From contig DATMBG010000033.1 of assembly GCA_035559535.1 (NCBI GenBank), forward strand, positions 1 through 61,572: a DNA stretch of 61,572 nt, read 5' to 3'. This document shows positions 10,177 to 18,822 of this stretch, in pieces; position 1 is the first letter of the stretch; every line of letters starts with the position of its first letter. The notes under the pieces are model-generated. The model was not told where the DNA came from. It worked only from the letters and a program-made list of their open reading frames with translations, and made no database searches. This DNA is from Candidatus Limnocylindrales bacterium. Its GTDB lineage: Bacteria > Moduliflexota > Moduliflexia > Moduliflexales > JAUQPW01. The translations under genes were made by a program, and so were the position numbers.

Positions 10177-10659
10177 ATGGCCCTTGAAAAATGGAGTCCT
10201 TTTACTTCTCTAGAGCGATGGGAAGAGAGATGGGATCCCTTTAAATGGATTTCCCAGGTACAACGAGAAATAAACCGATTATTTGAGGAGACTTTCCCAG
10301 AGCGTGAGTTAGAACCTATCTCTCTGAAAAGATGGTATCCGAAGTTGGACATGGTTGAAACGAAAGACGAGATAATTGTTCGGGCAGATCTTCCCGGTGT
10401 GAAACAATCCGATATAGACGTATCGGTCAGTAATGGCAATCTGGTGATTCGAGGAGAGCGAAAAGAAGAGAAAGAGATCAAAGAAGAGAATTACTATCGG
10501 CGAGAGCGGGAGTATGGTGCCTTCAGGAGGACTATCCCACTTCCCAGTGGAGTTAACGCCGAACAAATTAAAGCCACCTATCAAAACGGGGTTTTGGAAG
10601 TTAAGTTTCCAAAGCCAGAGGAAGCGAAGGCAAAACAGGTCAAGATCGAAGTAAAGTAG
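10177..10659 (+). CDS. Hsp20/alpha-crystallin small heat-shock protein
   Basis: ADLPGV, IRGERKEE, REYGAFRRTIPLP, ATYQNGVLEV, C-terminal IEV. Confidence 0.96.
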   Translation: MALEKWSPFTSLERWEERWDPFKWISQVQREINRLFEETFPERELEPISLKRWYPKLDMVETKDEIIVRADLPGVKQSDIDVSVSNGNLVIRGERKEEKEIKEENYYRREREYGAFRRTIPLPSGVNAEQIKATYQNGVLEVKFPKPEEAKAKQVKIEVK

Positions 10660-10763
10660 AAAAAAGCAAGGAGCAAGACCAAATTTCACCCATTCGATTA
10701 TAAAGTAGTACAAGAAGGAAACCCCCTTCCCAAGGAGGGGGTTTCTGGCAAAAGGGGGGTTAT

Positions 10764-11090
10764 ATGATTGTAGAGTTAAGTATTATCCCCGTAGGAAACC
10801 TGGAAGGGGCCAGTATAAGCGGTCCTTTAGCCGAAGTCTTAAAGATCATAGATGAAAGTGGGTTAAAGTATCAAGTTACAGCCAGCGGAACGATTATTGA
10901 AGGTACCTGGCAGAAAGTATTTCCTGTCATCCAGAAATGTCATGAAGCGGTGAAGCATCGGGCAGGGCGGGCTATTACCCATATATCTATCGATGATCGG
11001 GAAGGGAAAAGGGAAACCATGGAAGAGATGGTGGAATCGGTCGAGGAGAAGGTTGGCAAAGAACTGAGAACCTGCATTCACCATGGATGA
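10764..11090 (+). CDS. MTH1187/YqgV thiamine-binding family protein
   Basis: ELSIIPVG, SGLKYQVTASGTIIEG, IDDR, VESVEEK. Confidence 0.88.
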   Translation: MIVELSIIPVGNLEGASISGPLAEVLKIIDESGLKYQVTASGTIIEGTWQKVFPVIQKCHEAVKHRAGRAITHISIDDREGKRETMEEMVESVEEKVGKELRTCIHHG

Positions 11091-11412
11091 AAAGGTTTAT
11101 GGTTCTTATAGAAAAGTCAATCTTTACCAGAAAGGCCTTTGGGTTTAGAGCATCTGTTGCGCCTGTTATATCTCTGTATGGAACAGACGCAACAGGTGTA
11201 TCTTTGCTACAACCCCCAACTTAGTGGGTACGGAGATATAGGATAACCACCAGATCGCCATAGGAATAGGGTTTAATCTCACCTGCTAAGCATTTATGAC
11301 CTTCCAGGTCGTCACAAAACGTGAAATCCCACAGGGATTTTCATTTTCGTTTGAAGTGATACAGATACCGTTACTTTTATTGGTCCGTAGATAAAACATT
11401 GGAGGTAAAGGT

Positions 11413-12072
11413 ATGCCTTTTCAAAACCGAGAACAAGCCGCCCGTTTGCTGGCCAAAAAATTGATCAACTACAAGGGTCAAAATCCTTTGGTGTTAGCAA
11501 TTCCACGAGGTGCTGTTCCCATGGCTAAGATTATTGCTGATATCTTAGAGGGCGAGTTAGACGTAGTGCTGGTCCGTAAGCTGAGGGCACCTGGTTACCC
11601 TGAATTAGCCATCGGCTCGGTAGATGAAGCCGGTCATATCTATTTAGCAGAGCATATTGGCGACTTTGGGATCCAGGATGAGCATAATAAGTATATTGAA
11701 GGGGAAAAGAGAATCCAAATGGAGACCCTGCGCAGACGTCGTAATCTGTATACCCCGGTACGTCCTCCCATCAGCCCCGCCAATCGTATTGTGATCGTTG
11801 TGGACGATGGGATCGCCACCGGGTCTACCATGATTGCAGCATTACGTGCAGTACGGGCTAACAACCCGGCAAAGCTCATTGTTGCCACGGCCGTGGCACC
11901 CCTTGAAGCCTTACGGCGAATAGAGAAAGAGGCAGATGAGGTGGTATGCCTCGAGGTACCGCCCGTTTTTTTCGCCATAGGAGATTTTTTCGAGGATTTT
12001 TCACAGGTTTCCGATGAAGAAGTGGTAGCAATCTTACAGCAAAGTAATTCTAAGCATACATTGGAAGAATAG
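11413..12072 (+). CDS. phosphoribosyltransferase-family protein
   Basis: FQNREQAARLLA, LAIPRGAVP, VVDDGIATGST, FEDFSQVSDEEV. Confidence 0.92.
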   Translation: MPFQNREQAARLLAKKLINYKGQNPLVLAIPRGAVPMAKIIADILEGELDVVLVRKLRAPGYPELAIGSVDEAGHIYLAEHIGDFGIQDEHNKYIEGEKRIQMETLRRRRNLYTPVRPPISPANRIVIVVDDGIATGSTMIAALRAVRANNPAKLIVATAVAPLEALRRIEKEADEVVCLEVPPVFFAIGDFFEDFSQVSDEEVVAILQQSNSKHTLEE

Positions 12073-12147
12073 AACTCGTGAAGGTATCCTGGCGTCTTCT
12101 TCACCTGATTTTCAACCTGACTTGCTGAACTTATCAGATCCCTGGCG

Positions 12148-13089
12148 TTAATAGAGTTTTCTTATATAAAACTTCTTGCCTTTATATTCCGTCTCTATGA
12201 GTTGACCCCGATTGATTAACTTCTGAATGGTGGACCAGTTAGCTTTAGCTTTTAGCAGGAACTCCTTCACGGCGTCTTCCCTCATGGGATGTACTGAAGT
12301 AATGCTCAACAAGTCTTCTTCAATATTTCCCGTAAAAGTAAAAGCAGTACCTTCATAGCCCAGAAGGCACTCTACATGATGAATTCTCTCGCTAAGGATC
12401 TGATAGGCTCGATTGATAGTTTCCTCATCAGGAGGTTGGACCCATTTTTCTGCAGGGGGCCTTGTAGGAATAGCTAGATAAGCTTTAAGAGGTCTCAACC
12501 GGGTCAGAAAAGCAGCAACCTCTTGAATAAGATCCTCACTATCATTGACCCCTTTGACTAGCATCGTCTCTGTGACCAGCTCTCCTTCATAAACCCGGGC
12601 GAACTCAAGCATCCCACTTAAAATGGAGGCAAATCGCAAACTTTGATCCGGTTGATTAATCCTCCGCCAGACCTCTTCCCGGGTAGAATCGACCTTCAGA
12701 GAAACCCAATCTGCTTTCATAAGGTCTTCCCTGACATCCGTGCGCCAGATAAGGGAAGCATTGGTGATGACTGCAATTCTAATCCCTAAAGGTTTTAATA
12801 ATTCGATTTCGCGACCGAGATTAATATCCAGGGTAGGTTCACCATCTGGCACGAAGGTAAGATAGTCAATGGATTCTCCAATATCCTTTACTTTTTTTAT
12901 TTTTTCTTCCACCGCCTTCAAAATCTCCTCCGGTTTATAAAATGCCCGACGCTCAACCTGGGTCTCGACCGTACGTCCGAGCTGACAATACACGCAAGAG
13001 TAAGTGCAGACTTTGGAAGGAGTTGAAATGTTGTTAATTCCTAGACTTCGCCCTAAACGTCTGGATGGAATCGGCCCAAAAGTAATCAT
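12148..13089 (-). CDS. radical SAM protein (COG0731-like)
   Basis: FGPIPSRRLGRSLGIN, CTYSCVYC, DGEPTL. Confidence 0.92.
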   Translation of the reverse strand: MITFGPIPSRRLGRSLGINNISTPSKVCTYSCVYCQLGRTVETQVERRAFYKPEEILKAVEEKIKKVKDIGESIDYLTFVPDGEPTLDINLGREIELLKPLGIRIAVITNASLIWRTDVREDLMKADWVSLKVDSTREEVWRRINQPDQSLRFASILSGMLEFARVYEGELVTETMLVKGVNDSEDLIQEVAAFLTRLRPLKAYLAIPTRPPAEKWVQPPDEETINRAYQILSERIHHVECLLGYEGTAFTFTGNIEEDLLSITSVHPMREDAVKEFLLKAKANWSTIQKLINRGQLIETEYKGKKFYIRKLY

Positions 13090-13178
13090 AGGCTTGACCT
13101 CCTTAGACTCTATTTTACCCTGATTGTTCCCAGGTACTGTTTTTCTTGGAGCTAGCTCCGACTCATCTCATAAAGCAC

Positions 13179-13757
13179 TCAAATCTTTTTCGTCCCTTCA
13201 ACCACATAATGGTAGGGATAAATTCCATGCTCGCGCAGATGTTCAAAGCCTGCAGCGTGTAAGGCTGCCCAAAGCGTTTCAAGAGAAACTCTTACTTCTA
13301 GGGGCGGTCCCATGGAAGTCTCAATCGGCTTCCAGTCGACCAGAAATAGAGAACCACCTGGTTTAAGAATTCGCCAGATTTCCCGCAAAAATGCATCAGG
13401 TGCTTCCAGCTCGTGGAAGAGGTTGATTGAATAGGCAACATCTACACAGGCTTCGGGTAAAGGGATTTCCCGCTCACCAGAATGCACTGCTAGGATATTT
13501 TTTAATCCTCTAGCCTGAGCTCTCCGTTCAAGTTCTTGCAGCATTTCAGGCAAAATATCAACGGCGTAGATCCTTCCTTCAGGACCAATGCGTTCGGCTA
13601 CCGGGAGCGTGAAATATCCTGACCCGCACCCAATATCCGCATAACTCATGCCCATTCGGGGTTGCAAGACTTCTAAGAAGGCTTCCACCCCTTGCCAACG
13701 GGCACGTTCAGAGTTATCAAGCTTTTCGATATTCTTAGGATCAAACTTGTGGGGCAT
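13179..13757 (-). CDS. class I SAM-dependent methyltransferase
   Basis: ADIGCGSGYF, RILKPGG, MGPPLEVR. Confidence 0.92.
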   Translation of the reverse strand: MPHKFDPKNIEKLDNSERARWQGVEAFLEVLQPRMGMSYADIGCGSGYFTLPVAERIGPEGRIYAVDILPEMLQELERRAQARGLKNILAVHSGEREIPLPEACVDVAYSINLFHELEAPDAFLREIWRILKPGGSLFLVDWKPIETSMGPPLEVRVSLETLWAALHAAGFEHLREHGIYPYHYVVEGTKKI

Positions 13758-13900
13758 TATAAAAACCTCCTGACTTAATTTGTGGATTTATCAAGTGTTC
13801 CTGGCATTAACGAAACCTTTTTGTCTTTCTGTTCCATCTCTATGAATTGACTTCGATGGATGAACTTTGGAGCTGAAAATGGGATGAATTTTTCGTTAAA

Positions 13901-14362
13901 CTAACGTCGTCTCCAACCAGCCCAAACCGGAAAACCCTTCTCATCCCGAAGCTTTAATACTTCCTCACCCTTTTTGACCTCAGCCGCAATGATAGCCGGT
14001 TTTCCTTCAAAGGTGATCCTCGAACCGGTAATCTCAACTTTGTCCCCGGGCTCAATCTTGGTATCCTGGTTCTCCAGGTACCAGCTCGGTCCTAAATGAA
14101 CCGCAATGGTCTCCTGATCCGTTTTCACTGTCAGATGGATGCCTTCAAACATCCCTTTCATAGGAGTAAATCTCTCCACACTGACCACCTCTCCACTAAG
14201 GGTTTCAACGGTTTTGGGGTCATACATCTTCCCATACGGGGTTCCTATCCCCCATCCCCCACCCCCTCTCCATTTTATGCCCCGTTGGGTGGCAAAAGTC
14301 TCTAGGGTAAGAAAAAGACTCATAAGGAAAATCATTATTACCATAGTCCCGACCTTTTTCAT
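13901..14362 (-). CDS. exported OB-fold protein
   Basis: Signal peptide; YDPKTVETLSGEV, VHLGPSWYL, LRDEKGFPVW. Confidence 0.8.
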   Translation of the reverse strand: MKKVGTMVIMIFLMSLFLTLETFATQRGIKWRGGGGWGIGTPYGKMYDPKTVETLSGEVVSVERFTPMKGMFEGIHLTVKTDQETIAVHLGPSWYLENQDTKIEPGDKVEITGSRITFEGKPAIIAAEVKKGEEVLKLRDEKGFPVWAGWRRR

Positions 14363-14473
14363 GTGGTCCTCCTTTTTGGTTGTTTTTAACCCACCCCATT
14401 TCAGCTAACTTTATGGAAAGACTCCCCTGCTATCAGGTCAAACCACCCGGTGACCAGACATTGAAGGAATAAT

Positions 14474-14489
14474 GCAACCGATAGACCAG
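14474..14489 (-). promoter_or_regulatory. sigma-54 promoter (variant) for OB-fold/MTase/radical SAM genes
   Basis: Minus strand CTGGTCTATCGGTTGC (GG-N10-GC with TTGC). Confidence 0.6.
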
Positions 14490-14657
14490 GATTCATAAAA
14501 ACATCGGAATCTTGTTGTAAGATAGAACTATACAGATGATTACCAATAGCAGACCAAAGGTAAGGGGACACTTAGGGGAGGGTACAGGATCATGCCAGCT
14601 ATCTTAAAATCTTATGGGATCAACAAAAGCCTGATAATTATGAGGTCTATAGAGTAG

Positions 14658-14674
14658 TGTCAGAGATAAAGACA
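14658..14674. promoter_or_regulatory. putative enhancer site TGTC-N9-GACA
   Basis: TGTCAGAGATAAAGACA; variant CATCAGAAATTAAGACA at 14739-14755. Confidence 0.6.
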
Positions 14675-14857
14675 AAGACCTGAAGATATCAAGAAAATTT
14701 TTAATATTTATAAAGGGTTCATAAGAAGTATCAGACAGCATCAGAAATTAAGACAAAAAATAGAGGCAAGAATTCAAAATCCGACTGATGGAGTTTTCCT
14801 GTCAATTTTAAAAAATGTGAGAATTTAGATGGCAGTAGAATTTCATGTTTTGAAGCT

Positions 14858-14873
14858 CTGGCACAATAATTGC
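14858..14873 (+). promoter_or_regulatory. sigma-54 promoter
   Basis: CTGGCACAATAATTGC. Confidence 0.85.
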
Positions 14874-15010
14874 TGGATTTCTTTGTCAAAGTCCCTTACC
14901 ATAATCTAAACAATCAGGAGGTTGTGTAACGATTAGTTATTCATAGCCTAATTTATAGAACCCGCCCTATATCTGACTACATGGGTGGAAATTAGACAAG
15001 GAGGTTTATT

Positions 15011-15245
15011 ATGCCGTACTGTTGTGGTTATTACCATCACCATTTACATCCCCCCCCACTGGCTCCGCTGGATCTGGCCCGAACCTTATCCACCGTACCC
15101 TGGACGTTACCCTTTATCAGCCCGTGAGGATTACGTCCGGAGTTTAGAAGAGGAGCGTGATATACTGGAGCAGCGGTTGCGACGCCTGGAGCGAGAACTG
15201 GAGGAACTGCGTAAGGGGGGCCGATCTCAACAGGGACAAGTCTGA
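15011..15245 (+). pseudogene. DUF5320-like small protein, frameshifted in a C8 tract
   Basis: SD AAGGAGG then ATG 15011 (MPYCCGYYHHHLH); removing one C from 15050-15057 joins it to PPHWLRW...LEEERDILEQRLRRLERELEEL. Confidence 0.7.
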
Positions 15246-15257
15246 ATACTGAAATTT

Positions 15258-15286
15258 GTAGGAGTGAGCCCAAGGATCACTCCTAC
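15258..15286. terminator. hairpin downstream of the DUF5320-like gene (terminator or REP-like)
   Basis: GTAGGAGTGA...TCACTCCTAC perfect 10-bp stem. Confidence 0.5.
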
Positions 15287-15659
15287 TTACGACCTCATTT
15301 CTGAATGGCGCCTGGACGGCAGGAAGTTGTTAATGGATGGTGTGGTATAATGGCACAAGCTTCAGGATCCAGCGGGTCATGTACGCCCCAGCCCGGGATG
15401 ACCCGGCCACTCCAGGTATCATGACTGCCCACGCCCGCCAATCCAGCGTTCATGCATAGGCTACACCCCTCAGCTTCAGTCCTGCTAAGCGATCCCATTG
15501 CCTGAGTCTTTCGGTGGTCCCGGCCACTGTCAATCCTTCTGGACGCATACCCACCTGCTTCAGGGTGTTGTCAATAGAGAGACTATGTCAGGGGGTTGTA
15601 TTCATAAGTAATTTGTTAAATGGGTTGAACAGCATCAAAAATTAGAATAAACCATAAGA

Positions 15660-16631
15660 TCACGAGGTCTCGTGGTGTGGACAATGTAACAGTATGGGTA
15701 CAGAAGTACCCCGTAACACCTTATCAGCTACACTACCTATCAACAGACGTGTTAAGCCACTGTAACCATGCGTTTCCATGGCAATCAGATCTATTCCATG
15801 TTTACTCGACTCTTCGAGTATGATAGGGGATGGATTCTTACCGATAACGACTCTTGTCTGGATTCGTAGGGACACACTATCGCGCGCCCTTGCCTGCGCT
15901 TGCAATCGTTCCGCTAGACCAGTGAGATAGGCCTCTGCTTCCCTCTGCGGCTGATCTAGAAGTTGTTGTTCTAACTGAATTGGATATTGGGTGGCTGAGT
16001 AATCAATAGGGGTCATTGGCTCAATAACCCGGAGCAATGTATAGTCAGCTTCCATTAACTTACCCAGTTCTATCGCGTACTCTAACACCTGCTCAGCGAG
16101 GGTTGAGCCATCTAGGGGAATCAATATATGCTGGAAGATTTGCTCCTGGCTGAGATTCGGCCCAAATTCTTCTGTTTCCCGTGATCGAACCAACAAAATA
16201 GGGATTGATGCATGTCGTACAAGCCAATCTGTGACACTGCCGAGCCAGAAACGATTCAAAGCACCATATCCATGTGTGGTCATCACTATCAGATCTATAC
16301 CTGCAGTCGCTATGAAGTTATTAAGCGTCTCAGCAACCTGTCCTGGCTGTCCGTCAAGCAAGGAAGCAGTAACCAGAGTTGTCATATCGGTCGCCAGGTT
16401 TTCAACTACCTTGCTTAGGTATGCCTGCTCATATTCTTTAAGTCGTTTATCCAATGCCTCATCGACGGTAACCTTACTACTTATATAATCTACCTGCTTC
16501 CCTTCGATGGGTACATGCACAAGGACCAATCGAAGTGTTGCGTTCGCCCGACGCGCAATACTTCGCGCCAGAGGTAGGGCGTGTTCCGCAAAGGCCGAAC
16601 CATCGAGGGGGGTAAGAATAGATCGATACAT
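15660..16631 (-). CDS. tandem-domain universal stress protein
   Basis: Two USP domains (ILTPLDGS...THGYG...GSVTD; ILIPLDGS...THGYSG...GSVADKV); SD GAGGG before ATG 16631. Confidence 0.93.
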   Translation of the reverse strand: MYRSILTPLDGSAFAEHALPLARSIARRANATLRLVLVHVPIEGKQVDYISSKVTVDEALDKRLKEYEQAYLSKVVENLATDMTTLVTASLLDGQPGQVAETLNNFIATAGIDLIVMTTHGYGALNRFWLGSVTDWLVRHASIPILLVRSRETEEFGPNLSQEQIFQHILIPLDGSTLAEQVLEYAIELGKLMEADYTLLRVIEPMTPIDYSATQYPIQLEQQLLDQPQREAEAYLTGLAERLQAQARARDSVSLRIQTRVVIGKNPSPIILEESSKHGIDLIAMETHGYSGLTRLLIGSVADKVLRGTSVPILLHCPHHETS

Positions 16632-16768
16632 ACTACTTTCCCTCAGGTTAGGAAGTCCGTCTTTCTGTTTTGACAATCCCAACCTGGGTTATGGATAAGT
16701 AACCTTTAGCACAACGGCCTTGATAATTTACTGATCCAAGTTTCAACAGCTACTTGAACTTCGAATTT

Positions 16769-16910
16769 GTAACTGCTCACCCTCTCTCCCAACCCTTCTC
16801 CCACGCTGTGGGAGAGGGAAGTGGAATAGGATAGCAGATTGCTTCGTTATGCGCTCCCTCTCTCGAAGCCTCGGAAGAGGGAGTTCAGGGAGGTGAGGGC
16901 GAGCAATTAC
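16769..16910. mobile_element. 142-bp MITE-like element with target-site duplication
   Basis: TIR GTAACTGCTCACCCTC / GAGGGCGAGCAATTAC (14/16); flanks TCGAATTT / TCGAATTC; internal CTCTCCC/GGGAGAG hairpins. Confidence 0.7.
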
Positions 16911-16947
16911 TCGAATTCTTACAGAGCTATTTATCCTGAAGAATAAT

Positions 16948-16963
16948 GCAATCCCTGAACCGA
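16948..16963 (-). promoter_or_regulatory. sigma-54 promoter (variant) for USP gene
   Basis: Minus strand TCGGTTCAGGGATTGC (GG-N10-GC); positionally equivalent to 14474-14489. Confidence 0.55.
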
Positions 16964-17144
16964 GGTCAATAAAAACTTTGAAACCCCTATCTTAGATATA
17001 GGATTCCACAGATGATTACAGATAGGAAATCAAAGTAGGGAAGACAATCTACTAAACCCCTTTGGAAGATATGGAGCCCCACGAGTTGTCCTAAAATCTT
17101 ACAATACCAACAAAGGCCTGATATTCATAGAATCTATAAAAGAA

Positions 17145-17161
17145 TGTCAAAAAAAAAGACA
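17145..17161. promoter_or_regulatory. putative enhancer site TGTC-N9-GACA
   Basis: TGTCAAAAAAAAAGACA; variants at 17087-17103 and 17204-17220. Confidence 0.6.
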
Positions 17162-17286
17162 AAATTTAAGGATATCAAAAATTCCAATAAAAGATATAAG
17201 TTTTATCAAAAATTAAGATAAAACAAGGATAAAAGCTTAAAAGCAGGATAGATCAAGGTCCTATATCATTCAAACCAATAACCGGT

Positions 17287-17302
17287 ATGGTATAGCTATT
17301 GC
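17287..17302 (+). promoter_or_regulatory. sigma-54 promoter
   Basis: ATGGTATAGCTATTGC. Confidence 0.75.
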
Positions 17303-17361
17303 TCTGGATTAGTTAATAGAAATTTATAGAGTAGAGATCTTTTGAGAGCGGAGGTTTTCCT

Positions 17362-17658
17362 ATGAGAGTCCCTAAATTTACCGAAATTCCCAAATTTATA
17401 AGGATTCTTTTAGTAATCCTGATTATTGTTCTTGTCTTAATTGCTGCCGGTATTATTTATGTTCAGCGAACCAACAATCGAATTACCATAACTATTGAGA
17501 CAGAAAAAGCCCAGAAGAAAACGGAGGAAGTTATTGAAAAAGGGAAAGAAGTTGGATCTGAAGCCTTAAAGCAAGCCGGTAAGACCCTGGAAAAAGCTGG
17601 CGAGAAGCTAAAAAAGGAAGAAGTAGAGCCGACTCCCCCCGACAAGGAAAAACCGTAA
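17362..17658 (+). CDS. small single-pass membrane protein with charged helical tail
   Basis: SD GGAGG; one hydrophobic helix then K/E-rich tail (GKEVGSEALKQAGKTLEKAGEKL). Confidence 0.75.
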   Translation: MRVPKFTEIPKFIRILLVILIIVLVLIAAGIIYVQRTNNRITITIETEKAQKKTEEVIEKGKEVGSEALKQAGKTLEKAGEKLKKEEVEPTPPDKEKP

Positions 17659-17836
17659 GTTATGGATGAGAGAGCCAGATTTTTAGCTTAAGGTTAAGGC
17701 AGGATACTGCTGCTTAACATCTCTTTTAGTGAGATGGAGGAATTACACATGGTTTTTTTGTTGTTGTTACCACATTTTAGAACGGAGTACAAGTTAAAGA
17801 TGATAGTTTTATAACTCTGTTGGAGATCTTTGCTTA

Positions 17837-18799
17837 ATGAGCCTGAAGCGCGTTCTGATCCTCACTGTCTTTCTACAGATTCATGCTATTTTCCACTTTT
17901 ATCCTACAGAAGGATCAGTTTCTGATATACTTAAAGACTTCTCCATGGGTTATTCTGATAAAGGATCCAATCAACACGTAGTGGTTAACATTCCGGCTTA
18001 TCGGTTGACTCTTTATACACGTGACGAGGGTGATTCTTGGAAAACTTTAACAATCCCCATCGGAATCGGAAAAGGTACAGAGCCTTCCAATGAAACACCA
18101 GGGGGTGAAGGTTATCTTTACGCCAAGGAGACCGGGGTTATCTTCCGATATGGAAGTGAGAATCCAAAGAACCTGATCGGAAAAATCATTAAGTATTCTT
18201 ACACCTTTGATAAAAAGACTTTAAAGCCCATTAAAATTCCTATGCCGAAGGATATGAAATCGGTGTTCATGATCATTTACAATCAAGAAACCCAAAGTGT
18301 GGACCAACAGTTTGTGCTCCATCAGACTACGGATTGGTATACTGTGCGGGCCCCGGCTTCTAATGGTTGTATTCGTATTGATGAAGAAGATATGCAGAAT
18401 TTCTATAACAGCCTGGTACCTGACGTGAAATCCGGTAAATTTCCTCTTCCTGTACCTATTTCTATCCATTACGAGATCGTGGAGTATGACCGTCATTCCA
18501 GAAAGCTCCTTCTCCATGCAAATATATATCATAAACCCTTGAATTACCTCGATGAAATTTTGAAAGTTTTGCATCAAGAATCCATCGATTTACGACAGAT
18601 CGATATTCCCAGGTTGAAATGGCGGATTGTGGAAGCAGAAACCCAATTTCAAATAGCCGAGCAATATATTCGAAAGAAATTGAGTCAGCCCCCTTTTAAA
18701 CGGCTCCTTTTAGACGAAGAGAAGCAGCAGCTCCACTATTCTCTCTTCCTAAGTGAGGTCTTAAATGAAGCCAGATCATCAGGTAATGAAAGATATTAA
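17837..18799 (+). CDS. L,D-transpeptidase (YkuD) family protein
   Basis: Signal peptide, VVNIPAYRLTLY, IGIG, LHQT...ASNGCIR catalytic motif. Confidence 0.8.
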   Translation: MSLKRVLILTVFLQIHAIFHFYPTEGSVSDILKDFSMGYSDKGSNQHVVVNIPAYRLTLYTRDEGDSWKTLTIPIGIGKGTEPSNETPGGEGYLYAKETGVIFRYGSENPKNLIGKIIKYSYTFDKKTLKPIKIPMPKDMKSVFMIIYNQETQSVDQQFVLHQTTDWYTVRAPASNGCIRIDEEDMQNFYNSLVPDVKSGKFPLPVPISIHYEIVEYDRHSRKLLLHANIYHKPLNYLDEILKVLHQESIDLRQIDIPRLKWRIVEAETQFQIAEQYIRKKLSQPPFKRLLLDEEKQQLHYSLFLSEVLNEARSSGNERY

Positions 18800-18822
18800 T
18801 TTTATAACCTATTATACCACCC

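Noticed and set aside
13901-14362. Magnetosome (MamS/MamX-like) interpretation of the OB-fold protein
   Set aside because: No other mam genes or CxxCH motifs; this domain is widespread in non-magnetotactic bacteria
14985-15010. ORF-track GTG start for the DUF5320-like gene
   Set aside because: The strong SD precedes ATG 15011 in another frame; a frameshift explains the sequence better
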